In this document: positions 48,902-62,099 of the stretch, piece by piece
Layout of the letters: each line of letters opens with the position of its first letter
Numbering within the stretch: the stretch's first letter is position 1
DNA from: Mobula hypostoma
Lineage: Eukaryota
Length of the DNA stretch: 64,000 nt
Assembly: GCF_963921235.1 (NCBI RefSeq)
Contig: NC_086097.1
Location: 84,942,001 to 85,006,000, forward strand
Reading direction: 5' to 3'
Program-made: the position numbers and the translations under genes
Notes under the pieces: generated by a model
The model's database searches: none
What the model was told of the DNA's origin: nothing
The model's input: the letters and a program-made list of their open reading frames with translations, nothing else

Positions 48902-49463
48902 AACGTACACTGGGAGACTGCTTCACCAAGCACCTACGCTCTGTCAGCCAGAAAAAGGAGGATCTCCTAGTGCCCACCCCATTCCCATTCCAACATGTCA
49001 ACCCATGGCCTCCTCTACTGCCATGATGAGGCCACACTCAGGTTGAAGGAGCAACACCTTGTATTCTGTCAGGGTAGCCTCCAACCTGATGGCATGAACA
49101 TTGATTTCTCAAACTTCTTGTAATTGCCCCCTCCCCTTCACCATTCCCCCATTCCTGTTTCCCTCTCTCACCTTATCTCCTTACCTGCCCATCATCTCCC
49201 TCTGCTGCTCCTCCCCCTCCCTTTCTTGCATGGTCTTCTACCCTCTCCTGTCAGATCCCCCTTCTCCAGTCCTTTACTTCTTTGCACCCACCAGCCCCCC
49301 AGCTCTTCAGTATCACCTTGCACTACCTATTCTCCTCTCCCCACCTTCTTCTCATCCTTTTCCTCCCAGTCCTAACGAAGGTCTCAGCCCAAAGCTTTGA
49401 CTGTTTACTCTTTCCTATAGACGCTGCCTGACCGGCTGAGTTCCTCCAGCATTTTGTGTGTGT
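48902..49463 (+). mobile_element. Penelope-like 3' fragment (GIY-YIG end plus terminal repeat)
   Basis: Colinear with 12303-13008; flanked by TAATGGCA(C/T)CC at 48891 and 49464. Confidence 0.85.
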
Positions 49464-51119
49464 TAATGGCATCCTGATCCTGGAAATGAGCATAGAAAAT
49501 CATCACTTGACCAGACTCCAAACTAGTGAGCGTTCCTGAATTAAACAGAAGAAATTACTACTAGCACTTGAAACAAAAACCAAAGGAAAAGCAGCCTCTG
49601 GGGACAGAGAAAGAAAGTTAATGATCTTTTGTTACTCCATCATTGCCAGCTGCCAGGATGATTTACCAGCGGAGTAAACCCGTAAATGCTCTGCGGGTTT
49701 CATTTACAAGCTGGCACCTCCTTGAGAGTCGCAAGTGTGCTGATGGAAAGCTGGGGTTGGGGATTGCAGTTGGAAGCACTACCGGTGAACAAGTTGCCTA
49801 CCTAAGGTGCTCATGACTTAGGATAAATCTGTGATAGTGCAATTAATGGGAAGGCTGAAGGGAATGGGCACAGTGGCTTCTTCTTCATAATTTCATACAT
49901 TATTTGAAAGTGATTTAAATTGGCAGTCTTAACGTTTGACAGCACGGTTCACTCAGTCACGCCAGGTTTTGTCCCAGAAATGTGAGAGGTGCATATTTCC
50001 ATCCCCACCCCCATTGAAATGCGAACATTAAGGCAAATCTGCAGCTCTACTCCGATCGAAATTGCTGCAGCCTGATTTCAGGAGGCCATGAGGCAGGAAG
50101 CATGGTAAATGGAGATGTCACACTGATTCTAGACAAGTTTCCTGAGACTGAAGCTGAGGTGCATAGATAACAGAGTGCCTCTATTTAATGTGTGATTATC
50201 TGATGACGGTAGGCTGTGTTGAAAGCATGAAGCATTTCCTCAGCATGTTGACTGCTTTTCTTGACAAACAGGAAAGTCCTCTATTGTTAAAACAAATCAT
50301 AGATGCTGCACACACACCAGATATACACAGGCAACTCATACAAATCCTTGAGAGATGTCATACTGACCAAAGGAAAGTCTAGAGGACGAATGTTCAAACT
50401 GAATGCTTTATTCATTAGCTCTAATGGTGTAAGGGTTGGAAACTTTGCAACATTTGTCTTCAAGGTCAATTACAATATAAACGAAATGTGATATGGACTC
50501 TAACAAAACATCACAGCATGCTTCCCAGCTGCACACTACACTTTGAAGGTCTCTTTCCTATCCCAGCTGTCTATAAGATGAGTATAAATGGCGCTATTGG
50601 GGCTCAGTTATGAGCAGTTTTGTGCTTAACTCTTACACCTGCTGGCAGCTGTAATTAGACCAAAATGGCAAACTGGGATTCTCAACGAGCCATCGGCCGT
50701 TTTGCAGGAAACAAGATCGCTGCAGCAAATCTGAGAAGCGGGAGTATCAAGGTGACTTGGTAATTGTTTTGCGTGTTCCCTTTTTTGAATATTCTCCATC
50801 TATTACTAACTCATGTCCTTGAAAACCTGAAGAATATATTTCAAGCAGCTTGATCCTCCCCAATTCTTTCTCACCCCTTCCCCGTTCTCTCTCTGGCTCT
50901 GCCTCTCCCTCGCTCCCTCCCCTCCTGGAAGATGCCTCCTGATGCTTGCTCCCTCATGTGGGAATTCATTGGTTTTGACCTGGACTTTACCATACAACAG
51001 GCTGACCATTGTATCCATTGCTACTGATGCCATTTACTTGCATTGGGGCTATAGCCTTCTATGCATTTCTGTACAGGTCATTGTCTGGATGTCTCTTAAA
51101 TGTCACATATGAAGAAAGA

Positions 51120-51455
51120 AGCAAAGATGAGCTTTATTTGTCACATGTACTGTACATCAAAACATTGAAATGTACTGTGAAATGCATTGTTTGTGTCAAC
51201 AACCCACACAACCCAAAGATGTACTGGGGGCAGCCCGTAGGGTTGCCATGGTTGCAGCACCAACTTGGCCCACAACATACTAACGCTAAGTTGTGCATCT
51301 TCCTTGCGATGTGTGAAGAAACCGTAGCACCGTGTGGTCAACAGGGAGTGTACTGTACAAACTCCTTACAGGCAATGGTGGGAACTGAACCCTGATCTTC
51401 TGAAAACAGGCACTGTAAAGTGTTATGATAACCACTACGCTAACGTGCCGCCCTA
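51120..51455 (-). mobile_element. Rex-type tail plus V-SINE, nested in an old CR1 fragment (~50990-51770)
   Basis: GTACAAACTCCTTACAGGCA...GAACTGAACCC...CCACTACGCTAACGTGCCGCC is a reversed V-SINE head. Confidence 0.65.
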
Positions 51456-52744
51456 ATCTACCTCCATCACCTCTACAGGCAATGCATTCCGGACTGTAGC
51501 CACAGTCTGTGTGAAAAAATTCCCCACCCCTGATCTCCGCTCAACCTCCGACCTCTCACTGCAAATCAGTGCCCCCTTGTCAAAGGCAACCAAACGATGG
51601 GAAAATGATTTTTATTACTTTGTCTAACTATACTCCTCATAAATTTTGTGTATCTATATCAAGTCAAGTCTCAGCCCCTTCCTCACAAGGAAAAGCATCC
51701 TGTTCTGTTACCATTCCTGTCTCAACATATCTTTAATGTCCCAATCTGGACAAGATTCTGGTGAATAAGATTGGACCCTTTATTAGTTCTAGTTCCAATG
51801 TGCAGGGACTTTACACGCTGATCCTCAGTGACTTAACTTATCCTATCTTTCTGTTATATTCACATTCATCACCAATTTTATTATCTGGGACATTAAGCAT
51901 AGTGATATCAACAGTAATATCTATGAACAAGCAGTCTCTGCAACCTTTCCTTCCTCACACTTTCAGCCTGATGTCAGTCAGTTAAAGTGTTTCTTCAATT
52001 AGCAAAAGCAGTACAGTTTAGAGTTACAATGAGATTTAATTTCAATGGGATGAAAATGTTCTTGCAGACGTCAGAATGATAGCCCAATACATAACTCAAT
52101 TTGTGACTAATGTAGCTGTGTGCCTGAGTAATATATTGGAAAAATTCAATTTAAACGTTAAATCACACCTTCCTAATTTCAAAGAAAAACAATATCTATT
52201 TATGTGGATGATCTCAACTCATTTATTTCAAAGTTGACAGTGAGACTGAGTAAGATTGCAGATGCTCTCTGTTTATATTAATTTCCTAATTTCTTAGAGA
52301 AAATTTTCTGCACTTTTGAAAGACCCTCATAAATATTATGGAATAGGACCATTGGTTAGATTCCTTTCCTAACCTGTTTGAGTATCATGTGACATAGTTA
52401 ACTGTTGGTCACTATTGGGTGAGTAGATATTTGTATCAGTTAAGTACTGGAAAGTGTTTGGTTTCATCCTTGGCCATGTCTCCACCCTTCTCTCTGGCCA
52501 CTGTTTGGAGATAGTTCAGACTATTGGTAACTGTAAGTACTTTGATCCCATGCTGAAATGTTGATACCATATCATAAACTTCTGCTTCCAGAGCTTCACC
52601 CTAACTCAATGAATTCAAGGGCCACCTACCCAAACTCCCACTCCTCTCTCCCCATATATCTTTAAGTTTCTACCTTACATTGAGTTATTTTGGTTCTGGG
52701 CCAGCAATACAATGACTTCAATATTTTCATTTTTGTGCTCATAA

Positions 52745-53112
52745 TCCTAATTTCGGGTTGGGATCCTTCTCTAGGACTGGAAAGGAAGGAAGGAAGATGC
52801 CAAAATAAAAAGGTGGGGGGAGGGGAAGGAGGATAGCAGGAAGCTGATAGGTAAAGCCAGGTGGGTGGGAAAGGTAAAAGGCTGGAGAGGAAGGATAGGA
52901 GCGGGGACTATAGGGGGAATGGGCAGCAGGGGTAGGCGATAGGCACCTATTGTCCACCCGCCTCTTTCCCCTTCCTTTTCAGTCTTGAAGAAAGGCCTCA
53001 GTTGAAAACATTAACTGTCTACTCATTTCCAAAGAAGCTGCCTGTCCTACTGAGTTCCTATAGCACCTTGTGTGTTTTACTTCGGATTTCCAGAATCTGC
53101 AGAATTTCTTGT
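52745..53112. mobile_element. Inverted pair of Penelope-like fragments
   Basis: Minus copy 52745-52950 (AGGACTGGAAAGGAAG) and plus copy 52950-53112 (TTTTCAGTCTTGAAGAA...TTCCAGAATCTGCAG). Confidence 0.65.
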
Positions 53113-53659
53113 GTCCTTTTGCTGTACTGTTCCATGTCAAAACCTTGTGACCAAGCTGATATGTCACCTAATGTTTCCTAATGTTGGACATTATCTGATA
53201 AACTTGCATAATGCCCTGGTTAAGATTTTTCCTGCCGTTGTTGTAGGGTATTTCACTTAATAGCTTTCTGTAGCAGCAGTATGTCCTGCTGATAGTGTTT
53301 GGGTTTCAGTTAAAGATAAGAGGCTGAGAAGTTCAACTTAGAAATGTTGTGTCAGCCAATCAGGATGGTGGAATTGGGAGAAAGTTCTAGAAAAAGCTGG
53401 GCAGAGAGAAAATTGTAAAGGACACGATAGGGTTTGTGGTCTTCTTGCCGGGAGATGGAGAGATGAGAAGATTGGGAGAGACGGCCGTAGGATTCGATCC
53501 AATGGGAAGACATGATTGCAAGGGGTGCTTTGTGAAATAAAGGTGGGAAGTCCTACCGGTAATTGTTGATGAGAATTCGACATGTCGTTAGTAATGGTCA
53601 TACCCAACTTTTGGAAGAGATGAGCTCCAACTCTCTGCATATTTAGACTGGTTTAATTG

Positions 53660-56291
53660 TGTTGTGTATTTGCAACCTATCTTAGTACTTCATTAGATAG
53701 TACTTCCAGATTTGATGCTTCATTCTCTAAATCTGTCTTTGTTTCTCATTCTTGCTTTCTTGCTCCCTCACATCACATGTTGTTCTGTCCCAGACTGATG
53801 ACATCATCACTGTACCTGACAAGTGTCAAACTACATTAATGGACCTTACCATTTCAATACATGACATTCCTCCTTTCCTGAGAAATGAACTTCAATGTCT
53901 TAGACCACATTCAGTCCACAGATTTAACCATTTCAATTCAACAGATATTCTCTGATATGCATGGCTATAACCAACACATTTTCTGTTTTAACTGGAACTG
54001 AGAACTTCATTTTCAAGTTACAACAGTTTTCATTGTTTTAAAACCCGAAGCTCTACTTCAATACAAAATCATTAAACTTCTGAATTTCTTTTCTAACCCT
54101 TTGAGGTCCCTCTACTGGTTTCTCTTTGCTTTCAATGTCTGGAAATGACTTTTGCTCACTGTGAACCTGAGCTTGTCTGTAACTGATCCTGTACCTCATT
54201 GTCAAATCCTTGAGTTTCCTCCTGTTTTTCAGAAGTTTCCCTTATGTTGAACTTTTTTTTTACAAGTGTGGTGTTCCTTGCATTCTACATTCCAGTTGAA
54301 GAATCAACTACCACTTGATTTCCTGTTTTCCTCACCTCCCTGTGAGGTGTTATATTGAAAGGTGTGGTGAATTTGTCCACTTTTTCTTTCTGGTTAAGCA
54401 CAGTGTCCCCAACTTTCACAGTAGACTCTTGTGATCACCTGCATACAGCTTGTACTTTGTGTTTTGCATCCCAATCTCATACTTCCAGTTCTGCTGTGTG
54501 TACCTTCTTGATGTCTGGTAACTTCCCCCTCATTTTGCAGTTGTAGCGAAGTTTAGCAGGACTTTTCCCTGTAGTGGCACGTTCCATACATCCGTACACA
54601 GTCACATACCTTCTTAGCTCACAAGTCCTTCTGCTCGAGCAATCCTTATCGGTGATGCATTTTGAGGCTCCACTTCACCATTTGCCTGAACCCACTTTGG
54701 CATTGTTTTCAGGTGTTTGATTCCATTACTCTCACAATATTCCTTGAACTGTTCAGATCCGAATTGAGGTTGAGTATCTTATCTGATTTAATAGATAAAG
54801 GCAGTCCATGTCTGCTGAAAATGTTCTCCAGTCTGTCAATAACTCTGTGTATTTGTAGAGTTCAAAATGTCATATTCACAAAATCAGCTGTAGTAATCAA
54901 CTGCTACTAGAATGGAATGGCTTGTTGGTAATGGTCCAAGCAAATCTACAGCTACCTCCTGCCAAGGACCATCCGGTTACAATGTCAGTTTTAGTGGTCC
55001 TGGAGGGTTGGGTCTGGAGGCAATTTGACTGTGTGACAAGTTTTGCAGTATTTCTCAGCTGCTTTATCCACAACAGGCCACCAAACCTTGGTTCTGAGAT
55101 GCTGTTTCGTACCAACTATTTTCAAGTGTCCTTCATGAGCCAGGGTGAGTGCCCGTGTGTGCAGGGCTTTAGGTAGCACAATCCGTGTCCCTCGGAGGAC
55201 AAGATGACCCACTACACACAGCTGATTTGCAATGGGTGCGTATGCCTTACAGTTCTCAAAGTGTCTATTCATGATGGCTTTACGCACCTCCTGCAGCTCT
55301 GGATCTGTGGCTGGGACTCTCTCCACCTCTCTCCATGAGCTTCGGGTCTCTACCTGGGTGATCTGTGTTTCCATATTTGTAGCATTTCCTTTCATCTGTA
55401 TTAGTAAACTTTCTTTTTCCCTCTGTCTTTTTGCCATGTGTTGTGTCCTCACAGTGTGAAAGATGGCACACAGTCTCTGGCTGGCTCCCATGGTTCCTCT
55501 ACTTGTTCACATTGTGCCGCTATTTCCAGTGTGTGGGCAAGCATGAGCCCCTGCATATTCTCCAGTGGTTTTCTCTGCACATAGAGTGAGTTACATTTTC
55601 CCTCTCTGGCTAAATCCCACCTGATTTGGTTGTCTGTGTCTACTCGAAAATTACAATTTTTTTGTTGCCTGCCGAAGGTGTGTCGAGAACCGTTGAACCA
55701 TCTCACTTTGTTTTTGGGCAAGCTGATGAAAATGCTGCCGGGTGAACGTAGTGTTAACCTAGGGAACAAAGTAAGCATTCAGCACATCTACTGCTGCCGT
55801 GAGGTCTGTGACTTGTCCCGTGTTTGGTCGTGTTGAGAATATATCCTGCACATCTGGTCCTGCAAGGTGCAAAAGTAATGCTTTTCTTCTTTGTTTTGTA
55901 CTATCTGCTGCGTTATTGGCCACTATCAGTCCTTTACCATCAGCATAAAGTTCAAATGAGTTGAACTCATCTCGGACCTAGCAAAGTTGGCTCCACAAAA
56001 CATTGGAAGTGGGGATCCCGGATTTCTCCATTCTCATCAACTAATGTTAAACTTACTTTCAAGATCCGTATCCTCGTCGCCACTATTTTATATTTGCAAC
56101 CTATCTTAGCACTTAATTTGATAGTGCATATATAATGACTCGACATTTCACGCTCTGAACATGTCTTCATTTCTCATTCTCGCTTCCACGCTCCCTCACA
56201 TCATGTGTTCTGGCCCAGACTGATGGCATCATCATCGTACTTGACAAGTGTCAAGCTATGTTAACAGACCTTACCATTTCAATACACAACA
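53660..56291 (-). mobile_element. Internally deleted Gypsy (Mag-like) LTR retrotransposon
   Basis: LTRs 53660-53866 and 56084-56291 (TGTTGTGTATT...AATACACAACA); TSD AATTG at 53655-53659 and 56292-56296; PBS at 56070-56082; PPT at 53867-53879; integrase Zn finger LAHEGH..IVGTKQHLRTKVWWP......YCKTCH in ORF 54991-55491; gag remnants 55400-56000. Confidence 0.92.
56070..56082 (-). other. Primer-binding site complementary to tRNA-Ser(GCU) 3' end
   Basis: Minus strand TGGCGACGAGGAT, 1 nt inside the 5' LTR; vertebrate tRNA-Ser(GCU) ends ...AUCCUCGUCGCCA. Confidence 0.8.
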
Positions 56292-56960
56292 AATTGTATT
56301 GGGCCCTTTTGTTTTTTCTTTTTCTTCTTCCTCTTCATCACTGGTTGATTAAGCTGAAATTAGTAATTAAACTTTCTTTATAACTGTATGCGGTTTACGA
56401 CCTGTTATTTCTTGCAGACAGATAATTTACACAGCATTTGCTCAAATCAGGACTCCCAACTTTCCTGTTTGGTTGGACCTAAATCATAGCGACCCTAGAC
56501 ATATATTGTTTGAGAAAGGTGGCTTTTTCACCGCTGAGTCCAGTGGCTGTAAGCCAAGCCGGCTAACGAGCCAAGTATCTATGCAAGCCCAGTGAGAGGG
56601 CTTCATCTGCTATGAAGTACCTTTAAGCATCTTACAATGTTAAAGCTGCTCAATGAATCCAAGATGTTTTATTAAATTTGATTTAATCACTCTGTTTTCA
56701 TATGCAGATGAGTTACATTTATGGTGATGCTGGTGAACAAGGCTGAGGACTTACGGACTAACTGCAATGAGGTGAAACTTCCTTCAGTGTGGTATGGGTA
56801 AAGAAAAGTTGGCCCTCACCTATTAAAGAACAAAATTTAAATAAGATAAATGTGCTGACATGGACTGGGCCGAGGAGCTGCAGCATTTTCAAAGAGATGA
56901 AGGTGAAAAGCCTTGAGTAGCGATGTTAGGCTTTGACAGGGGCCTTTTGGGTTATGGCAT

Positions 56961-57173
56961 TGATGCGCCATCAATAACTCCAAAAGACTGGAAGTAGAGT
57001 AAATACTGAAAGGCTTTTATTCGCAGTAAAATGTGACCTCCAGCATGCTGAGTGTCTGTCCCTGGACTGAGAGGAGGAGCCAAGGCCCAATCGCCTTTAT
57101 TCAGGGGTCTGTGGAGGAGCCACAAGGGCAATCAGCAGAGGGGTGTTACAACATATATATATGGTTTACCACA
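56961..57173. mobile_element. Solo LTR (213 bp)
   Basis: TGATG...ACCACA ends; TSD GGCAT at 56956-56960 and 57174-57178; AATAAA on the minus strand. Confidence 0.85.
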
Positions 57174-57810
57174 GGCATCCTGGAGTTTAGGCTAACATCC
57201 CTAGAGCTCTAGCAGCCAGAGCGTTGCCAGGAATGGGCTTGGCAAGGACCTAATTAAGGCTGACTGGTCCATGTGGGATAACGAGATAAGAAAAAGGAGC
57301 AGGATATTCAGCCCATGAGACTGCTGAGTCAGTGAGCAAGATCAGGCTTATTTGGTCTTTGGTTTTAATTCCATTTGATTGCCTGGTCCCCACAATTCTT
57401 GATATCCTTTGCAACCCAATCGGAGGCTTGTGTGTTAGCCTCTACAACTGTCACTGTAGTAAAAACTCCAAATATTCACAACCCTTCAGGAAGGAAAAGG
57501 CACAATTCCTCTTTCCAATCTTAAATAGGCCTACTCTTGAGACTCTGTATTTTTAGCTTTCTGCCTAACTACCTATGTGTGCTCTTCAGGACCTCATACC
57601 TTTTCCTACTTTTGTTGTTGCTACCAATGTGTACCATGACTTCTGGCTGTTCACCCTATCCCTGAGCCTGGACCTGGGAGGCAATATACCATCCAGAAGT
57701 CTCTTTCATAACCATAGAATCTCCCATCTGTTCCCCTAATGATTGTATCCCTTATCATTACCACCCTCTTTTTCTCCCCTATGTCTCTGAGCCACAGGGC
57801 TAGACTCAAT

Positions 57811-57940
57811 GAAACTTAGAAAAATAGAGGGCTATGTGCTAAGGTGATTCTAGGCAGTTTCTAGAGTAGGTTACATGGTCAGTACAACATTGTGGGCCGA
57901 AGGGCCTGTAATGTGCTGTATCTTTCTATGTTCTGTGTTT
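57811..57940 (+). mobile_element. CR1 3' tail
   Basis: CTTAGAAAAATAGAGGGCTATG...GGGCCGAAGGGCCTGTAATGTGCTGTA...TCTATGTTCT. Confidence 0.8.
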
Positions 57941-59229
57941 TAACGTCTGACCTGATGCCCAACATCACATTTGCAAATTTTGCCCTGCAAGTGTTGCTCA
58001 GTCGTGTCCTGTTGAAACCTTGACCCTAACAACAACATGGCAACAGCACCAGCGGTTTATTCCGACACTGTCTTAAAGGGCCTTCGCTGTGGAATTAGCA
58101 AGTTTCTGCATTAGCTCTACCCGAATTATCCAGAAGCTCTTGTCTTGAAGCCATTGGGCTGACAGACTATAGAAACTGGTGCTGGACAAGGTGCAGCATC
58201 CACTGAAGCCAATCCTTTGAGAACCTGTTGCTCTAGGATTTATGCATTCATCCTTAAAAGGATGAAATTAATTGAGACAATTTGTAATGTGATGCATTCA
58301 TTCCCCCACTGACCTCAGAATTTATAAATGGGATTGGAGGAATTCTTATCTTCAAGTAATGCTTCATTTCTTTCAACATGACACCCTTATTTATTAGTTG
58401 CTGATCACTGACTAACCATAACTCAAAGGAAGGAAATATAGTAAAGACGGCCTGCAACCTTTATCCAGCACTGTTTGCTGACGTCAATGAGCTGGTCTGT
58501 TAGCTTTATTAGGTGTACAGATGGGTTTGAAGGGGAAGGATTTATATGACAGCATTGGCTGCTTTTAAGGGAGCGAAGTTCCTAGCTGAATAATTTGCTT
58601 CCAGAACACAATTGGTCATTCCAGCATACATAAATTATGGGGTACACACAAAAGGCTCTTTAATATATTGGAGAGCTCGCATCCTCAGTGTAGCCTGCAA
58701 TTTAGAGCTGGCTTCATTTCCAAGGAGTATGTGTGGGATTGTTTACGCAGAGATTCACTTTGCAATAAGCAGCAGCAAAGCAAGGCCAGATCTGTGTGCT
58801 ATTTCCTGCACTCTGTCAAGTGCAGAGTCGCCACTGGCGAGCAGATTAAAAGAGTTCACTGGTCTTTTCTCCTTTGCTGTCAGGGCAGCAGCTGAATAAT
58901 TATAGCACTGCCATTGTTCATGAGCTTAGACCCAAACCACAAGGATGTTGTAGGGAAGTAGATCAGTGGACGTGCTCTGAGACAACAAGTTAGATGTAAA
59001 TCTTTACAGATGAAAAGATATTTAGGACATTTCTTTGGAATCCCACGAGGAGTATTTAAATATTCAAGTTTGCTTTGGGCTTTGTTATTTCTTGATAGCA
59101 GCTCTAGAGCTGGTCAGAAAAATCAGCAGTAATTGCTGCTGTCTGTGAATATGTGTGTGCATGTACTGTATATTAACCTTCTTCTCTAATGTTAGATGTC
59201 CTCCTTTTCTTCCCTTGCTGCCCCAACAG

Positions 59230-59274
59230 GCAGCATCTTCAAGCGGCCCAATGCTCCAGATTTGCCAGATAAAG
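59230..59274 (+). CDS. Candidate 45-nt internal exon of an unidentified host gene
   Basis: CTCTAAT branch-like site, pyrimidine tract and CAACAG acceptor; AAG|GTGTGC donor; open in two frames (AASSSGPMLQICQIK or GSIFKRPNAPDLPDK). Confidence 0.35.
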
Positions 59275-60310
59275 GTGTGCTAAGCTTCTTCAAGGGTTTC
59301 CACAAACCCATCCCTCACACATCTCTGACCAAGTGCTCCTACATCGGAGCCATGGTCGGGTACAGGAAAGTGAATAACGGCAGATCGCTTTCTTGTAATT
59401 ACACTTGTAGAATTTTTGCTTTCTTTGTAGTTTCTGAGCATGAATCATTCACGGCTATTTAGGTCACCAAGAACTGCTGTGGCAATGTTCATGGAGCTAA
59501 GGTGAAGGTCCTGTGACTGTCGTTTAGATTTACGAAGGCAGATGATGTCTGCGTGTTTTATGATGGTATCGCTGCATGTAAGATTAATCGTGTGCCTGAC
59601 TAGAGGAATGGCTACCATGGCAATGTGAGAACATTCATGAGATGTGGACATTGCTGGCAGGATTTGCAAAATTTGTTGTCAATCGCTATTTACCCTCTGA
59701 ATGTAGAGACTCATTGGGTGATGAAAAAACAGCCAAATTGATGGGTCTGGAATCACACGTTGTCCAGAATGGGTGAGCTTGGCAGCATTTCTGGCCCTGA
59801 AATTTTTTTTTAGAATTCTTCTTTGGTCACAGTGATACCCAACCCAACCTGAAGCATAAATGATCTCCAAGTAATGAGCTGGCAGTCCATTTGGAAAATT
59901 TATTATTCTCTGAACAAACTCTATATATTGCTTTTAAAACCGACCTTAAGTTCAAATCACATCTATTCCTAACATCTAGTTTTTATTTTAGTTGGAAGCG
60001 ATGACCAAGTTGATCACAACTTAATTATTGTATTAATCTTGATATGATCTCCCCAATGTTCATGCATCGCTAAACTGCTAACAATTTTTTTGAGTATATT
60101 GATATCTAATGTGCTCAGAACTAAGAATTAATGCAGTGGGATTTTTCTGCAGTTTTTTCTAAGCTTCATGTGGGGTGGCCAAAACCTAGACACATTCCAC
60201 TGGAGGCCTGGCCATTGTTTATTTATACAGATAAATGACAACTCTAAGCCTACAGCTGGTTGTGCTCCAAATCTAGTTACTTTGTCTAACTTTTGCCAAA
60301 AAATATTGCT

Positions 60311-60435
60311 TGGGTCTCAGCCCAAAATGTTGATTGTTCGTTCAATTCCATAGATGCTGCCTGACCTGCTGAGTTCCTCCAGCATTTTGTGTGTGTTGCT
60401 TTGGATTTCCAGCATCAGCGGGCTTTCTGGTGTTT
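60311..60435 (+). mobile_element. Penelope-like terminal repeat fragment
   Basis: GGGTCTCAGCCCAAAATG...CCATAGATGCTGCCTGACCTGCTGAGTTCCTCCAGCATTTTGTGTGTGTTGC. Confidence 0.8.
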
Positions 60436-61869
60436 CTTGTTTGTAAATGCTTGGCTCCTTGTACCAGTTGCTTGCCTCTGAGATCGGAGGGTTGTAGGTT
60501 CTAATCCTACTCCAGAGACTTGAAACTGGTCACCATCACGCCACACCATCCAGTCAAGATGTAAGATTTTGACCAGAAATGTCTACTGTCCGTTTCCCTC
60601 CACAGTTGCTGCCTGACTTGCTGAATTCGTACAACAGCTCATATTTTTAATTCCAAAATCCAGCATTGCAGTTTCTTGTTTACAGGATCATTCTTTGCTC
60701 AAACTGGATACTGTGTTCCCTGCATTACCAAGGAGACTATATTTCAATTATCCATGAACCGCTTTACAATGTCCTACAACTAAGAAAAAACTATATAAGT
60801 ACAAATATTATTTTTATGTGAGTATGCTGGCCAGATCTTTTATTCCCATCTTCTTTAATTCCTCTCCCTGAACGATTACGCATGTCATGCACTCATGATG
60901 CCTGCATGCAGAGCACTGCACTCTCCAAAATTAACTATGTTTTGCCTGTCATGAGTCCAACCTTCCAGCACATCAGGGTTGCCTGAAGCAGTAGAACATT
61001 GCTGTAATTAAAAAAGGACCCGTAGTGTTGTATGGCCTAGAAACAGGCTCTTCTGCCCTTTGCAATACACAGGATTCTTTTCAGGGTTTCTGTGAAGTGC
61101 AAATCTGGGAATGTTTGCACTCAGCTTTCAATAGTAGAAACCTTAAAGGCCAATCTTTTAGATGAGGGAAAGTAGCTGGATGAATGACATTTTTAATGTG
61201 GTCGTGTGATGTTTTTCCAGTTCATTTTATAAGGGAAAAGCAGTTGCCAGATTCTGACTCTCCAATGCATTTGCCTTTCTTGTCATGTATCGCACCCGTG
61301 TCTTTATGTTGCAAAGCAGGTAGCACAAAGAACAAACCTCTCATTAGTAGTGTAGCTTTGTTTTCTCTTTGGTTCTTTTCAATTTCCTTTGCCGGCAATT
61401 TGTCATCTTGTCAGAGTAGATGCAGCGTGTCATTTGTATTCAAGTGCGTTTATAGACTGTAACAGGTTAACCTGGCAGTAAATCTGATACTCTGACAGTC
61501 TGATGTGGTGCTCTGAGTTTCTGTTACAGCCAATACATCTTCTGAAGACCTGGAATTATTTTCAAGCACTTTGGGGATAGATGCTATCAGTGCAAATATC
61601 CCATGTCATCACTGGATGCTGAGTAGCTGGGCTCTGTGTTACAGGCTCTCAAACTCTTCTTGGCTGCATTGTTTAGGAGGAAACAGTGCTTTTGGCACTT
61701 CGTAAGACTTGAAATGCATTGAAAAGACGTGTCCCAGTTGTATTTACTGTATACATTAAGAATGATGTCCATTTTTGAAATATAAAATGTTCAAAATTCC
61801 TCCCTCTCCTTCTTATGCTTCCACACTTCAGTAAGAGAGACTACAAGAGATTAAATTTGGTTCAGAATT

Positions 61870-62099
61870 TGTTGTGTATTTCATATTTCATCAATCTTGC
61901 ATATACAAGTACATTGATTAGCATTCTTGTTTGTTTAATTATGGGTTAAATGTAAAAATACATTAATTGCATACATCATTCTGCTACCACGTGATACATG
62001 TGCACCTCGCTTAAAGTAAAGGTGAGGTTATACCCGCAATTTTGGCTCCTGTGTTTTTCCTTGAATTAGTTTAATGTTTTGAAGTTACAAAACATAACA
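61870..62099. mobile_element. Solo LTR (230 bp)
   Basis: TGTTGTGTATT...AAAACATAACA inverted ends; TSD GAATT at 61865-61869 and 62100-62104. Confidence 0.85.

Larger units (their letters stand above)
53240..56605. mobile_element. Probable older LTR-like element interrupted by the Gypsy insertion
   Basis: Sequence reads through the AATTG target (TTTAGACTGGTTTAATTG | TATTGGGCCCTTTTG); ends are uncertain. Confidence 0.35.
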
